Part shown: positions 1 to 9,892 of the stretch, one piece after another
Layout: every line of letters starts with the position of its first letter
Position numbering within the stretch: position 1 is the stretch's first letter
Source of the DNA: Fimbriimonadia bacterium
GTDB taxonomy: Bacteria > Armatimonadota > Fimbriimonadia > Fimbriimonadales > JABRVX01
Reading direction: 5' to 3'
Assembly: GCA_041483895.1 (NCBI GenBank)
Contig: JBGPGO010000017.1
Span: 13,808 to 77,807, forward strand
DNA: 64,000 nt
Translations under genes and position numbers: made by a program
The notes under the pieces: generated by a model
The model's database searches: none
Told to the model about the DNA's origin: nothing
Seen by the model: only the letters and a program-made list of their open reading frames with translations

Positions 1-525
1 ACCGCCACGATTGCCATGGAGGCGGCGCTTACGGGTCACTTCGTTCTGTCAACGCTCCACACGAACGACGCCACGAGCGCGCCCAACCGCTTGGTGGATA
101 TGGGCGTGGAGACCTTCCTCATAGCGTCCTCGCTGATCGGGGTTTTGGCCCAGCGGCTGGTCCGAAAGGTCTGCGTCAAGTGCGTCGAGGAGTACACGGA
201 GAACTGCGACACCCTTCGTCGATTTGGGTTCCGTGTTTCGGATGCGCTAGAGGCTGAATGCGGTGGAACACTCAAACTCTATCGGGGCAAGGGCTGCGAC
301 CATTGCAAGGGGAGCGGATACAAGGGCCGTTCGGGCGTCCATGAGCTTCTCGAATTCACCGATGAAATTCGCGACCTGGTGCTGAAGAAAGAGCCGTCCC
401 ACCGGCTGCGGGCTTTAGCTGAGCAGACTACCGGGATGCGAAGCCTCCAAGACGACGCGCTGGTAAAAGTATTACGTGGGCTGACGACTGTGGAAGAAGT
501 AGTCCGTGTGATTTACAGCGGTTGA
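1..525 (+). CDS. Type IV pilus / T2SS assembly ATPase (PilB/GspE family), C-terminal part, truncated by the window edge
   Basis: [16 protein letters not shown]is-box, LAQRLVR, CxxC...CxxC zinc motif with GYKGR, C-terminal G-x-TT-x-EEV. Confidence 0.92.
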   Translation, partial: TATIAMEAALTGHFVLSTLHTNDATSAPNRLVDMGVETFLIASSLIGVLAQRLVRKVCVKCVEEYTENCDTLRRFGFRVSDALEAECGGTLKLYRGKGCDHCKGSGYKGRSGVHELLEFTDEIRDLVLKKEPSHRLRALAEQTTGMRSLQDDALVKVLRGLTTVEEVVRVIYSG

Positions 526-533
526 GGTACTGA

Positions 534-1400
534 ATGTCCGCATTGCCGAACCAACAAGTAGCGATCGATGCCGTCCTCGCCCAGGTAAAAGACCTGGCGG
601 TTCTGCCACAGGTCGTGTACAAGATTCTGGAGCTTACGGGCAATCCGACCGCATGTGCCTCGCAAGTTGAACAGGCTGTCTGCATCGACCCAGGGTTTAG
701 CGCGAGGGTATTGAAGCTCGTCAACTCGGCCTATTACAGCCTGTCCAAACCTGTCGGATCGATCAAGGACGCCGTGATGTTTATCGGGTTCAAGTCGCTT
801 CGGCAGCTCGCGATGACGATCGGCGCGTTCGACATGTTCATGGGAAAGATGGACAAAGGCAGCATGCGGCGCCGGCTGTTGTGGCGGCATTCGTTGGATA
901 CGGCGACGGTCGCACGGGAGCTGGCGGCACGATTTCAAGATGTCAGTCCGGATGAGGCCCACGCCGCAGCCCTGTTGCACGACATCGGCAAGTCGATGCT
1001 GGAACAGTATGGCTATGTCAGCTATGAGGCGGTGGAGAGCCTGATGGACATGGGGATCAGTCCTCTCGAAGCTGAACGGCAGGCGCTTGGCGTTGACCAT
1101 TGCACGATGGGAATGGCGGTCGCGGCGCACTGGCGGTTCCCGTCTTTTCTTACCGAATGCATCGGATGCCACCATGTTCCCGGACCGGACATGGACAATC
1201 CGCAGCTTTGCGCGATCATCGCGATCGCAAACGCATTTGCTCATTTACATAGTTCCAAAGAGGAGGCGGTCCCTCGCGATCGCATCCCGGATTGGGCGGC
1301 AAATCTGCTGGGTCTCAACGATCCAGCAATCGCCAATGCCACGTATGAAGAATGCCGCAACGCCATCGACCAGTCCGCCGCTCTGGCGGGCGCGTTTTGA
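534..1400 (+). CDS. HDOD domain protein
   Basis: LAVLPQV, DPGFSARVLKLVNSAYY, LWRHS, ALLHDIGK, DH and W-x-FP motifs typical of HDOD. Confidence 0.9.
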   Translation: MSALPNQQVAIDAVLAQVKDLAVLPQVVYKILELTGNPTACASQVEQAVCIDPGFSARVLKLVNSAYYSLSKPVGSIKDAVMFIGFKSLRQLAMTIGAFDMFMGKMDKGSMRRRLLWRHSLDTATVARELAARFQDVSPDEAHAAALLHDIGKSMLEQYGYVSYEAVESLMDMGISPLEAERQALGVDHCTMGMAVAAHWRFPSFLTECIGCHHVPGPDMDNPQLCAIIAIANAFAHLHSSKEEAVPRDRIPDWAANLLGLNDPAIANATYEECRNAIDQSAALAGAF

Positions 1401-1415
1401 GAGGAGTCAGGCACG

Positions 1416-2621
1416 ATGTCCGAAACCTTTGACTGGAAAAAACTGATACCGGCCGATCTTAAAGGCCCATCGCAGGGAATGGCCGAGGCGTTCGGTCAAC
1501 CGGACCTGCGCGTTGAGCCCGGAGGAGCATCACAAGTGTCCGAAAACATCCGGCCGATCAGCGAACTGCATATCGACGACCTTCTTCGCGAATGCGTCGA
1601 GAGAAAGGGCTCGGACCTCCATATCACCGTAGGACTTCCTCCAACAGTGCGAATTGATGGCGAATTGGTGTCCCTCAGCTACGCCCGGCTGGAGGACAAT
1701 GACACCCGCCGACTAGTCTACGACGTTCTCAGCGTCGACCAGCTCAAGCAGTATGAGATGACGCACGAATTGGACTTTGCGTACGGCGTCAAGGGTGTTG
1801 CTCGATTCCGATTCAACGTGTATATGCAGCGTGGCGCGGTTGCGGTCGCGATGCGGGTAATTCCTTCGCGGATACCGAGCTTCGAGGACCTTCGACTGCC
1901 GCCGGTTATCCGGGAATTGAGCAAGCGGTCAAGCGGTCTAGTTCTGGTCACTGGGCCCACGGGATCAGGTAAGTCCACTACGATCGCGACCATGATCGAC
2001 GACATCAACTGCAATCGGACTTCGCATATCATCACAATCGAGGACCCGATCGAGTATCTGCATTCGCATAAGAGCTGCATGGTCAATCAGCGCGAGGTGG
2101 GATCGGACACGAAGGCCTTTGCCAACGCGCTTCGAGCCGTTCTTCGGGAAGACCCAGATGTCATTCTGGTTGGAGAGATGCGCGATTTGGAGACGATTAC
2201 CGCCGCGCTCACACTTGCCGAAACGGGCCACTTAGTATTCGGTACACTGCACACCCGGAACGCCCCGCAGAGCATCGACCGAATCGTCGACGTATTTCCA
2301 CCGGAACAACAGGAGCAAATTCGTGTTTTGCTCAGCAACACGCTCGAAGCGATCGTCGCGCAGCAGCTCCTCCCCATGCTGGGTGGAGGGCGAATTGCCG
2401 CGATCGAGATCATGGTTGCAACCGCCGCTATTCGCAACCTTGTCAGAGAAGCGAAGACCCACCAGATGTACTCCAGCATCGAGACGGGCCATGAACATGG
2501 CATGCAAACGATGGACCGGGCGCTTGCGGACATCCATAAGAACGGGTACGTAAGCTATGAGGAAGCCGCTCGGCGATCCATCGACAAAGACACATTCTCT
2601 CGCCTGGTAAAGGGCGGATAG
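1416..2621 (+). CDS. pilT: Type IV pilus retraction ATPase PilT
   Basis: SDLHI, Walker A GPTGSGKST, TIEDPIEY, LREDPDVILVGEMRD, AETGHLVFGTLHT, AIRNLVRE and GMQTMD motifs; GAGGAG RBS. Confidence 0.95.
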   Translation: MSETFDWKKLIPADLKGPSQGMAEAFGQPDLRVEPGGASQVSENIRPISELHIDDLLRECVERKGSDLHITVGLPPTVRIDGELVSLSYARLEDNDTRRLVYDVLSVDQLKQYEMTHELDFAYGVKGVARFRFNVYMQRGAVAVAMRVIPSRIPSFEDLRLPPVIRELSKRSSGLVLVTGPTGSGKSTTIATMIDDINCNRTSHIITIEDPIEYLHSHKSCMVNQREVGSDTKAFANALRAVLREDPDVILVGEMRDLETITAALTLAETGHLVFGTLHTRNAPQSIDRIVDVFPPEQQEQIRVLLSNTLEAIVAQQLLPMLGGGRIAAIEIMVATAAIRNLVREAKTHQMYSSIETGHEHGMQTMDRALADIHKNGYVSYEEAARRSIDKDTFSRLVKGG

Positions 2622-2637
2622 GCTTCTTTTAACGCGA

Positions 2638-2661
2638 AATCCCCTCCTGAAGGAGGGGATT
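2638..2661. terminator. GC-rich hairpin between convergent genes (probable terminator)
   Basis: AATCCCCTCC-TGAA-GGAGGGGATT perfect 10 bp stem; U-tract weak. Confidence 0.6.
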
Positions 2662-2682
2662 CGTGGTTCTGGACTCTGACGA

Positions 2683-4350
2683 TCAGAAGTGCGTGATCCG
2701 GACGTCCATGAAGTCCATGCTAACAAGGTGACCGATCAGCAGATTGGTCTGAATCCTGATCCTCATTTGACCGGTGTTGGAAGTGTAGTCGTTCGGATCG
2801 CCGGGGAGATCGACCGAATATGCCGTCTCCGTTGGACTCAACGGATTACTTGTCGAGGCAATGGCCCACGAGTTTGACGCCCACTTGTAAACGTACAGCT
2901 TGGCGCCGACCGCAACGGTAGATGCCGCCCTGAAATCGACCGTGCCCGCAAGTTTGGTGTTGATCCCTACGTTGAATTCGACATAGTAATCGCTTCCGAA
3001 CTGCTCATACGTGCCTTTGCCGGCGACAGTGTACGTTAGGACGACGCCATTGTCGGTCAGCAACACATTGTTGTCGTCGGTGAGAAGTGATGTGTAGTCG
3101 CCTGAAAGGATATTTCCCTTGAGCATCGTGACGCCGGAGGGATAATAGGTATCTTCGGTCGGAGGCGGGCCGATGTTGTTAATCGCATTGCTGAGATTAA
3201 TCCGGCCATGGGCGACGAAGGTCCCGACGTTATCGCAGGTGTTTTCCAGGGCGGCTCGGACAATCTGAGCGCTGACCTTGGAACGAGGGCCGCCCAACTT
3301 GCTATAAACCAGAGCTGCGGCCCCAGCCACATGCGGGCAGGCCATCGACGTACCGGAAAGGTTCGTGTAGCCGCTGCCGTAAGTTGAGTAGATGTTTTCG
3401 CCAGGGGCAGCCACATCGACCCAGCTGCCATAGTTCGAGAAGCTGGACCGCGCATCGGCACTGTTGGTTGAAGCGACGGCGATGGCATTGGCGTACCAAG
3501 CGGGATAAAACGGCGCGGTGCTGTTATTGTTTCCGGCGGCACAGCAAACGACAGTTCCGCCATTCCAAGCACTGGTAATCGCCGATTCCATGGCGCCGTC
3601 ACCGCCGCCGCCCAGACTGAGGCTGATGACCTTAGCTCCGTGCGAGGCCGCATATCCGATGCCAAGCGCCACGTTCGATGTGCTGCCCGAGCCGCCGCTA
3701 TCAAGTACCTTGACGGCCATCAGCGAGCAGTTGAAGGCGACACCGGCGATGCCGACACCGTTGTTCGTGTTGGCGGCCGCGATGCCCGCACAGTGCGTGC
3801 CATGTCCGTTATCGTCCAAGGGGAAGTCGTCATTATTTACGTAGTCATGACCAAGGGCCACTTTGCCGGTTAGGTCTGGATGGTTGTAATTGACGCCGGT
3901 GTCGATTATGGCGATCACTGTTCCGACATCTCCCGTCCAGGTATTCCACGCCAAATCGCACTTGATCTTCTTCGGTCCATATTGCGAACCCCACGACGGA
4001 TCGTTCGGCGTGAACGTGGCATGGACAACATGATCCGGCTCAGCATACTTAACGTTCGGCTGCAATGCAATCTGGGCAATCTTGGCGAAAATGTCGGTAT
4101 TGGCCGGATATTTGATTCGGACCATGTATATTTCCGGTGCGAATGCATCGACTGTTCCACCAAACATCTGTGAACCTAAGGCTATTTCCGTTCCGTTGGC
4201 CTCTCCGAAGAATCCAACGACAACGGTGTTCTTTACGTATTCAATCCCATTCTTATCGCGGGCAATTTGCAGGGTCTGTTCCTTGCACATTCCAGTGCAA
4301 AGGAACAAGATCGCAGCACCCACGACCGAAAGACTGCGGTAAAAACTCAT
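2683..4350 (-). CDS. Secreted subtilisin-like S8 serine protease (thermitase-like) with an extra C-terminal beta domain
   Basis: Catalytic triad motifs IIDTG, HGTHCAG, GTSMACPHVAG; signal peptide; AAGGAG RBS. Confidence 0.95.
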   Translation of the reverse strand: MSFYRSLSVVGAAILFLCTGMCKEQTLQIARDKNGIEYVKNTVVVGFFGEANGTEIALGSQMFGGTVDAFAPEIYMVRIKYPANTDIFAKIAQIALQPNVKYAEPDHVVHATFTPNDPSWGSQYGPKKIKCDLAWNTWTGDVGTVIAIIDTGVNYNHPDLTGKVALGHDYVNNDDFPLDDNGHGTHCAGIAAANTNNGVGIAGVAFNCSLMAVKVLDSGGSGSTSNVALGIGYAASHGAKVISLSLGGGGDGAMESAITSAWNGGTVVCCAAGNNNSTAPFYPAWYANAIAVASTNSADARSSFSNYGSWVDVAAPGENIYSTYGSGYTNLSGTSMACPHVAGAAALVYSKLGGPRSKVSAQIVRAALENTCDNVGTFVAHGRINLSNAINNIGPPPTEDTYYPSGVTMLKGNILSGDYTSLLTDDNNVLLTDNGVVLTYTVAGKGTYEQFGSDYYVEFNVGINTKLAGTVDFRAASTVAVGAKLYVYKWASNSWAIASTSNPLSPTETAYSVDLPGDPNDYTSNTGQMRIRIQTNLLIGHLVSMDFMDVRITHF

Positions 4351-4548
4351 TATAAGATTGCTCCTTCATCGACGCTTTAGGACTCAAATCGCCAGGCAGA
4401 ATGCGGCCTGACGGTACGAGGGCTTAAGACAGTATACAGGAGAAAAAGGTTCCAGCCCGCCTCTTAAAGGCACCAGGCCTCCGGTGGAGGGAGGCCTGGA
4501 AGGGCTACGCTGCGAGAATAGCCCAGGGGATGAGTCAATTCAATTTTT

Positions 4549-5229
4549 GTGGTCTGCGACTCAGCGTGCATTGGCATTAAACAGGTACCGAACAAAATCC
4601 GTTCCCGAAAATTACGAAAATTTGCAGGGAGCGGCCAATCCGCCTGGATTCCGTTGGCCGTCGGGATGGTAGTGTATTCCGTGCTTAGTTTTTTGCGGAG
4701 AATTTCGACGCTGCTGCCTGGCATCATTGCCTGTGCCATGCTCGTCGGCGGTTGCGGGTCCGGACCGTCAAAGTCAGCCGCTGCGAGACCCGGCATGCAG
4801 GAGACATCGAAACCGATCGACGAGCGTCCGTGGGCCGATTTCGAGCATGAACTGGTCCGTATTGGGACGGTTTCCCTTCAAAAGCACAGCCACCGTGGCG
4901 GGAAAACCGCCGCTATCTACGGCACACCGTGGGCCGCGGAGGCGCTGAAGAAGTACATCGCCGGCCCGCGCACTTGGCCGGGGGAGTTCCGGACCGGCTC
5001 CATGTTTGTGCAAAGCCACGAGGATGGCACCGTGTACGTCATGAGAAAGAGGCCGCTCGGCCGCCTATCGAACTCGAAGGATTGGTATTTTGCCTTGGAG
5101 CGCGAGGGCAGAATCATCCTGCAGTCGGGTACGACGCCGGACAAGACCATCCAAGAGGCCTGTATCAATTGCCACGCAACGCTGGCAGCGAAGTCGGATT
5201 GGGTTATTCCGCCCGGGCGCTCGAAATAA
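4549..5229 (+). CDS. Cytochrome P460/c'-beta-like c-type heme lipoprotein (true start probably downstream, about 4666-4738)
   Basis: Lipobox LVGGC; VMRK, DWYFA, CINCH heme motif and DWVI near the C-terminus. Confidence 0.6.
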   Translation: MVCDSACIGIKQVPNKIRSRKLRKFAGSGQSAWIPLAVGMVVYSVLSFLRRISTLLPGIIACAMLVGGCGSGPSKSAAARPGMQETSKPIDERPWADFEHELVRIGTVSLQKHSHRGGKTAAIYGTPWAAEALKKYIAGPRTWPGEFRTGSMFVQSHEDGTVYVMRKRPLGRLSNSKDWYFALEREGRIILQSGTTPDKTIQEACINCHATLAAKSDWVIPPGRSK

Positions 5230-6007
5230 CGATCCTCCTTCGAACACGCCAAGCCACTCCCAGCAGGGCCGCTCCCGTGCCGACAAACGTTGAGGGTTCG
5301 GGAATCGGCGGTGGCGGGCTGTGACCCGGATGCAAGAAGATCAGTCCAGGCAGGAATCCCAGCCAGCCGGGGATGCCGCCCACAGCCACCGGTACGATGG
5401 CCTCTTTCCCCGATTCTTCGATGACATCCGGAGTCTGTACGGATATGTCGGGAATGCTGGGGATGACAGCCGTCACCATTGCCGGCTCATCAAATTCGAA
5501 CTCCGGCTGTGGACTTTGAACCACCTGGACGCGATCCGGCTGCATCATCTCGTCGATGCTGGTTGATAGCGGCAGGTCCGGGTTAAGGTCGAGCGTGACT
5601 GGTTCCGGAGTGAAGACGCTGAACTTCCAGATCATCGGGTTGCCGCAGGAGAATTTCAGGATCGGCACACCCATCGAATTGGCCCAAACGGCTGTATGCG
5701 CCTTGAGCACGAATTCTCGCACCCGGATCTGCCCATTCGGAGTTACGTTGTAGACATCGAAGCGGCCAGCCCTGTCGAGCCGTATCTTTGCCAGCGCCGA
5801 AAACAGCCGGATGACTTCGGCGGGCGAGATGCCGAAGTGCCTCACATAGCGATCCATCACCTGCGGGTCCTTCTTGACCAAACGCACCAGCTGCGCGGTC
5901 GAGTAGGCAGGCTGATTTAGGAACGCGTTCGGCTCGATGGCGAGCGAAGGCGTAGCCAGAGTTAACCAGGTTACAAAACAAAATATTGCAGCGTATGCCC
6001 TCATCAA
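5204..6007 (-). CDS. Secreted PEP-CTERM protein
   Basis: Signal peptide; C-terminal IPEPST + hydrophobic stretch + RVRRR; CGNP motif. Confidence 0.8.
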   Translation of the reverse strand: MMRAYAAIFCFVTWLTLATPSLAIEPNAFLNQPAYSTAQLVRLVKKDPQVMDRYVRHFGISPAEVIRLFSALAKIRLDRAGRFDVYNVTPNGQIRVREFVLKAHTAVWANSMGVPILKFSCGNPMIWKFSVFTPEPVTLDLNPDLPLSTSIDEMMQPDRVQVVQSPQPEFEFDEPAMVTAVIPSIPDISVQTPDVIEESGKEAIVPVAVGGIPGWLGFLPGLIFLHPGHSPPPPIPEPSTFVGTGAALLGVAWRVRRRIVISSARAE

Positions 6008-6178
6008 AACCCATCCTCTCTAACAAAACAGACAAAGACGGGACCGTCCAGTGCAATTGCAAGTTCGGTTCTATTCTACAATAACATCCTGCAATTCCTA
6101 TGCCAGAGAGTGCAAGAACCGGTAGGAATCGAATGCGAACCGGCAATTCTGACTGTTGCGGATTCGGCGGCCCTGCAA

Positions 6179-6994
6179 TTAGTCGGATACCAGGCGGGCA
6201 ATTTCCACAAGCTGTCTTAGCAGGGGCTCTGCTTGGGCGAGGGGCCACTGGGTTGCGGGGTCGGACAGGGCCCGCTCGGGATCGGGGTGAATCTCCATAA
6301 AAATGCCGTCCACTCCGGCGGCGACGGCGGCGCGGGCGAGTGGGGGGATGGCTTCGCGATTGCCGCCGGATACCGTTCCCGCCGCGCCGGGCCGTTGGGC
6401 GGAATGCGTGGCGTCAAATATTACGGGGACGCCGAGTGAGCGCATGATAGGCAGACCGGCCATGTCGACGATGAGGGTGTTGTATCCGAACGTGGTCCCG
6501 CGCTCGGTGAGGGCGATTCCCTTTGCGCCGGCGTGCCGCAGCTTGTCCACGATGTTCTTGCAGTCCCAGGGCGCGAGGAACTGACCCTTCTTGACGTTGA
6601 CCGGCTTGCCCGTTGCCGCGGCGGCGAGAAGCAGGTCGGTCTGTCGGCAGAGAAAGGCTGGGATTTGCAGCAGGTCCACCACCTCGGCGACTGTGGAGCA
6701 TTGGTCGGGAAGGTGAACATCGGTGGTGACCGGAACTCCGAATTCGCGCTTGATAGCCGAGAGGATTTGCAGGCCGTCGTCCATTCCGGGACCGCGCGGC
6801 GTGTCACCGGAGGAGCGGTTGGCCTTGTCGAAGCTGGCCTTGAAGATATAGGGGATCTCCAGCCGGGAGGTGATCTCTACGAGGGCCGCGGCAACTGTCC
6901 GGGAAAGATCGAGGCTCTCGGCGACACAGGGACCGGCGATGAGCGCCAGCCGCCCGCCGCCTATCTTCACCCCGCCGACTTCTACGACTTCCAT
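6179..6994 (-). CDS. kdsA: 3-deoxy-8-phosphooctulonate (KDO8P) synthase
   Basis: IAGPCVAE, FKASFDKANRSS, QIPAFLCRQTDLL, NVKKGQF, ERG, FDATHS; start set at MEVV (6994). Confidence 0.96.
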   Translation of the reverse strand: MEVVEVGGVKIGGGRLALIAGPCVAESLDLSRTVAAALVEITSRLEIPYIFKASFDKANRSSGDTPRGPGMDDGLQILSAIKREFGVPVTTDVHLPDQCSTVAEVVDLLQIPAFLCRQTDLLLAAAATGKPVNVKKGQFLAPWDCKNIVDKLRHAGAKGIALTERGTTFGYNTLIVDMAGLPIMRSLGVPVIFDATHSAQRPGAAGTVSGGNREAIPPLARAAVAAGVDGIFMEIHPDPERALSDPATQWPLAQAEPLLRQLVEIARLVSD

Positions 6995-7138
6995 GCGCCT
7001 ATTCTGGCACGCGGGCTGGTGTCGTGGTCTTGGTTGTCGGCACGCGACCGGTATCGGAAGCAGTGAACCCCGACACATCGCATGATGAGCGGCCAGCAAG
7101 GGCGTTTCAATGATATTCCGCCGCAAATTCTCCCGAAT

Positions 7139-7155
7139 CTAACCAAATCTTCACA
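7139..7155 (+). promoter_or_regulatory. Possible Pho-box-like direct repeat upstream of phoB
   Basis: CTAACC-N5-TTCACA with 11 bp spacing, about 60 bp upstream of the phoB start. Confidence 0.35.
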
Positions 7156-7216
7156 GTCTAGGCCGTATGCTTTAAGAATGACTTTGACCGCAAGCAATGA
7201 GCTTGGAGGTACGGAA

Positions 7217-7903
7217 GTGACGAAGGCCTCCATTTTGGTGGTAGACGACGAAGAGGACATACTCGATCTCGTTCGGTTCAATCTGGGGCGAGAAGGCTTT
7301 CAGATTTCGGAAGCGGCGAGCGGTGAGGCCGCGCTGGCGAAGATCAAGCAGAAGCTGCCCGACCTGATCATTTTGGACCTCATGCTGCCGGGGCTCGATG
7401 GCTACGAAGTTTGCCGGGCTTTAAAACGTGATCCCCGAACGGCCCAAATACCTATTATAATGCTAACTGCCAAGGGAGAAGAAGCAGATATGGTAGTCGG
7501 CCTAGAGCTAGGGGCAGACGATTATTTACCGAAGCCGTTCAGTCCGCGGGTGTTATCCGCGCGGGTGAAGGCGGTCCTGCGTCGCTCCGTGGCGCCCGCG
7601 GCAGACGAGACGGCCACACTGCGAATCGGCAATATGACGCTCGATCCGCGCCGGTATGAAGCCCGAGTCGAAGGCCAAATCGTCAATCTCACCGCAACCG
7701 AATTCCGAATCCTTCACTATTTGGCACGCCGGCCGGGGTGGGTTTTCACCCGCGACCAGATCCTGACCTCGGTCCAACACGGGGAGTACCCGGTGACGGA
7801 CCGTTCCGTTGACGTGCACATCGTTTCTCTCCGTCGCAAGCTTGGGACTTGCGCCGAAATGATTGAAACCGTTCGTGGGGTCGGATACCGGTTCCAAGGG
7901 TAG
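7217..7903 (+). CDS. phoB: OmpR-family response regulator, PhoB/PhoP-like
   Basis: ILVVDDE, LDLMLP, IIMLTAK, GADDY-x-x-KPF, RSVDVHI, ETVRGVGY; GGAGG RBS before GTG 7217. Confidence 0.85.
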   Translation: MTKASILVVDDEEDILDLVRFNLGREGFQISEAASGEAALAKIKQKLPDLIILDLMLPGLDGYEVCRALKRDPRTAQIPIIMLTAKGEEADMVVGLELGADDYLPKPFSPRVLSARVKAVLRRSVAPAADETATLRIGNMTLDPRRYEARVEGQIVNLTATEFRILHYLARRPGWVFTRDQILTSVQHGEYPVTDRSVDVHIVSLRRKLGTCAEMIETVRGVGYRFQG

Positions 7904-9671
7904 CGCCTTGCGCCGACCGGGTCTCGTCTCCCAACTAGCTTCCACTCACTCGCTCATCCTCGTTCTTGCCGTCGTGCTTGTCACCGTCGCTTCTTGCTTC
8001 GTGTGGGAACGGCCCTATACGCAACAGATCGCGACGTCGCTGGAGCAAGGGACCAAACTGCTCGCTCGGGACGCCGCCGAACTGATCCCCACAAAGCGGT
8101 TCGATATCTTGACGGTTAATTGCGTTGACGCGGCCGCGGGATCGCCTCTGCGATTTTCGTTCATCTTGCCTAGCGGCGAGATCGGAGCCGATTCGGCGCA
8201 GTACGCCGAGCGCGACAGGGCATTGGCGTGGCCGGGAGTGCGTGAGGCGCTGTCCGGCCGAATTGCGCGATCCGGCACGGATATGGAACCGTCCGCGTCG
8301 GAACAAATGTTTGTTTGCGCCCCCGTGAAATCCGGGGACGAGGTGATCGGGGTGGTGCGCGGCAGCGTTCTGACCGCGGCGTTCCGCGAGGTGACGGTGG
8401 CCGCATATAGCCAGATCGCCATCATCGGGCTGATCGCGCTGGTTCTGACGATCACGCTGTCGGTCCTCACCCATCGCAGGATTTCCCGGGATGTGTCCGT
8501 GATTCGGACCGCCGTTCGGCAGCTCGAATCGGGCCAGGCGCCGAAGTTCCCTCCGATCGATTCGGAGGAGATTGTCGGCCTGGCGGAGACCCTCGGCGTA
8601 ACGGCCCGAACGCTAAACGATCGATTCGTCGAACTGTCACGCCAACGCAACGAGCGGGAGGCCATCCTGACCAGCATGGTGGAAGGGGTCATTGCCGTTG
8701 ACCTCCAAAATCGAATCGTTCTGGTCAACGATGCCGTGGGACATCTGCTTTCCACTTCGGTGACCGATCCGGAAGGCAAGCCGTTGGAGGAGGCTGTACG
8801 CAATGCCGACCTGCACCGATTCGTCGCGGGCGCCCAGTCTTCGCGCGAATTGGCGCAGGGGGAAATCGTCGTGAGGGACCCCAACGAACGGATCATGCTG
8901 GCGACGGCGACTCCGCTGCAGGATGCCAACGGCGGACGAATCGGCACACTGATCATGCTGAACGATGTGACTCAGCTCCGGCGTTTGGAGCGGGTGCGAA
9001 AGGACTTCGTGGCCAACGTGACCCATGAGCTGAAGACGCCGATCAGCGCAATACAGGGCGCGGTGGAGACGCTTGGGGATGGCGGACCTCTTGACATTGA
9101 AGATACGAAGCGGTTTCTGGATATGATTCTGCGGCATTCCAACCGGCTCAATGCGATTATCGACGACCTGCTGTATTTGGCGCGGGTCGAAGAGGAGGAA
9201 GGCCGCTCGACGCTGGATTTGGAGGAGGCGCCTTTGATGCCGTCCTTGCGCGGGGCGGTTGTGAACTGCACGAAGATGGCGATGGATGCTGGAATTCAGC
9301 TTCGTCTGACGGGCTCCGACGAGCTGCGCGCGGCCATCAACGGGCCGCTCCTGGAGCAGGCCGTCACGAACCTGCTGGAGAACGCGATTCGATACAGCGG
9401 GCAAGGGAAAGAGGTAGCGGTCGAGGTGGAGCGGGTGGATGGGGGGATTGAGATTCATGTGCGCGATCAGGGGATCGGGATAGAGGCACACCATCTGCCT
9501 CGGCTGTTCGAGCGATTTTATCGGGCGGACGCGGCTCGAACCCGGGCCTCCGGCGGGACGGGGCTGGGGCTGGCGATTGTGAAGCATATCGTGCAGGCCC
9601 ACGGCGGTGAGATCGGCGTGACGAGCATCCCAGGCAAGGGGTCCGTGTTTACGATACGGCTTGCGGCCTAA
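7863..9671 (+). CDS. phoR: Sensor histidine kinase, PhoR-like (TM, HAMP, PAS, HisKA, HATPase); start uncertain
   Basis: FVANVTHELKTP H-box, NLLENAIRY, DQGIGI, FERFYR, GTGLGLAIVKH. Confidence 0.85.
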   Translation: MKPFVGSDTGSKGSALRRPGLVSQLASTHSLILVLAVVLVTVASCFVWERPYTQQIATSLEQGTKLLARDAAELIPTKRFDILTVNCVDAAAGSPLRFSFILPSGEIGADSAQYAERDRALAWPGVREALSGRIARSGTDMEPSASEQMFVCAPVKSGDEVIGVVRGSVLTAAFREVTVAAYSQIAIIGLIALVLTITLSVLTHRRISRDVSVIRTAVRQLESGQAPKFPPIDSEEIVGLAETLGVTARTLNDRFVELSRQRNEREAILTSMVEGVIAVDLQNRIVLVNDAVGHLLSTSVTDPEGKPLEEAVRNADLHRFVAGAQSSRELAQGEIVVRDPNERIMLATATPLQDANGGRIGTLIMLNDVTQLRRLERVRKDFVANVTHELKTPISAIQGAVETLGDGGPLDIEDTKRFLDMILRHSNRLNAIIDDLLYLARVEEEEGRSTLDLEEAPLMPSLRGAVVNCTKMAMDAGIQLRLTGSDELRAAINGPLLEQAVTNLLENAIRYSGQGKEVAVEVERVDGGIEIHVRDQGIGIEAHHLPRLFERFYRADAARTRASGGTGLGLAIVKHIVQAHGGEIGVTSIPGKGSVFTIRLAA

Positions 9672-9838
9672 TCAAGAGCTTAGATGCGACCGGTCTCCTG
9701 ACCGAGTCGCAACGAATTCTACGATACGATTGGCGGCTTAATCCCGAGCCTAGATGCGACCGGTCTCCCGACCGAGTCGCAACGATTCTTTAGGTCTCCT
9801 GACCATACTTGCGACGCGGTCGGGAGACCGGTCGCATC
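9650..9838. repeat. REP family A: 70 bp tandem duplication plus inverted REP pair (REPIN-like)
   Basis: GATGCGACCGGTCTCCYGACCGAGTCGCAA at 9683 and 9753, inverted copy 9809-9838; 9650-9719 repeats at 9720-9789. Confidence 0.9.
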
Positions 9839-9846
9839 GGAGAAGA

Positions 9847-9885
9847 CCCCCACCCCAGCCCTACCCCGCAAGCGGGGGAGGGGGA
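9847..9885 (+). repeat. BoxC-like repeat family B (CCCCACCCYAGCCCTCCCCCGCAAGCGGGGGAGGGGA)
   Basis: Related copies at 22284-22314, 22591-22640, 40082-40120, 51488-51524 (reverse) and a partial copy near 57144. Confidence 0.85.
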
Positions 9886-9892
9886 TTAGGGA

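Noticed and set aside
9683..9838. Repeat-spacer-repeat pattern as a mini CRISPR array
   Set aside because: The 'spacer' is a copy of the phoR 3' end, the third repeat is inverted, and no cas genes are present; this fits REP elements.
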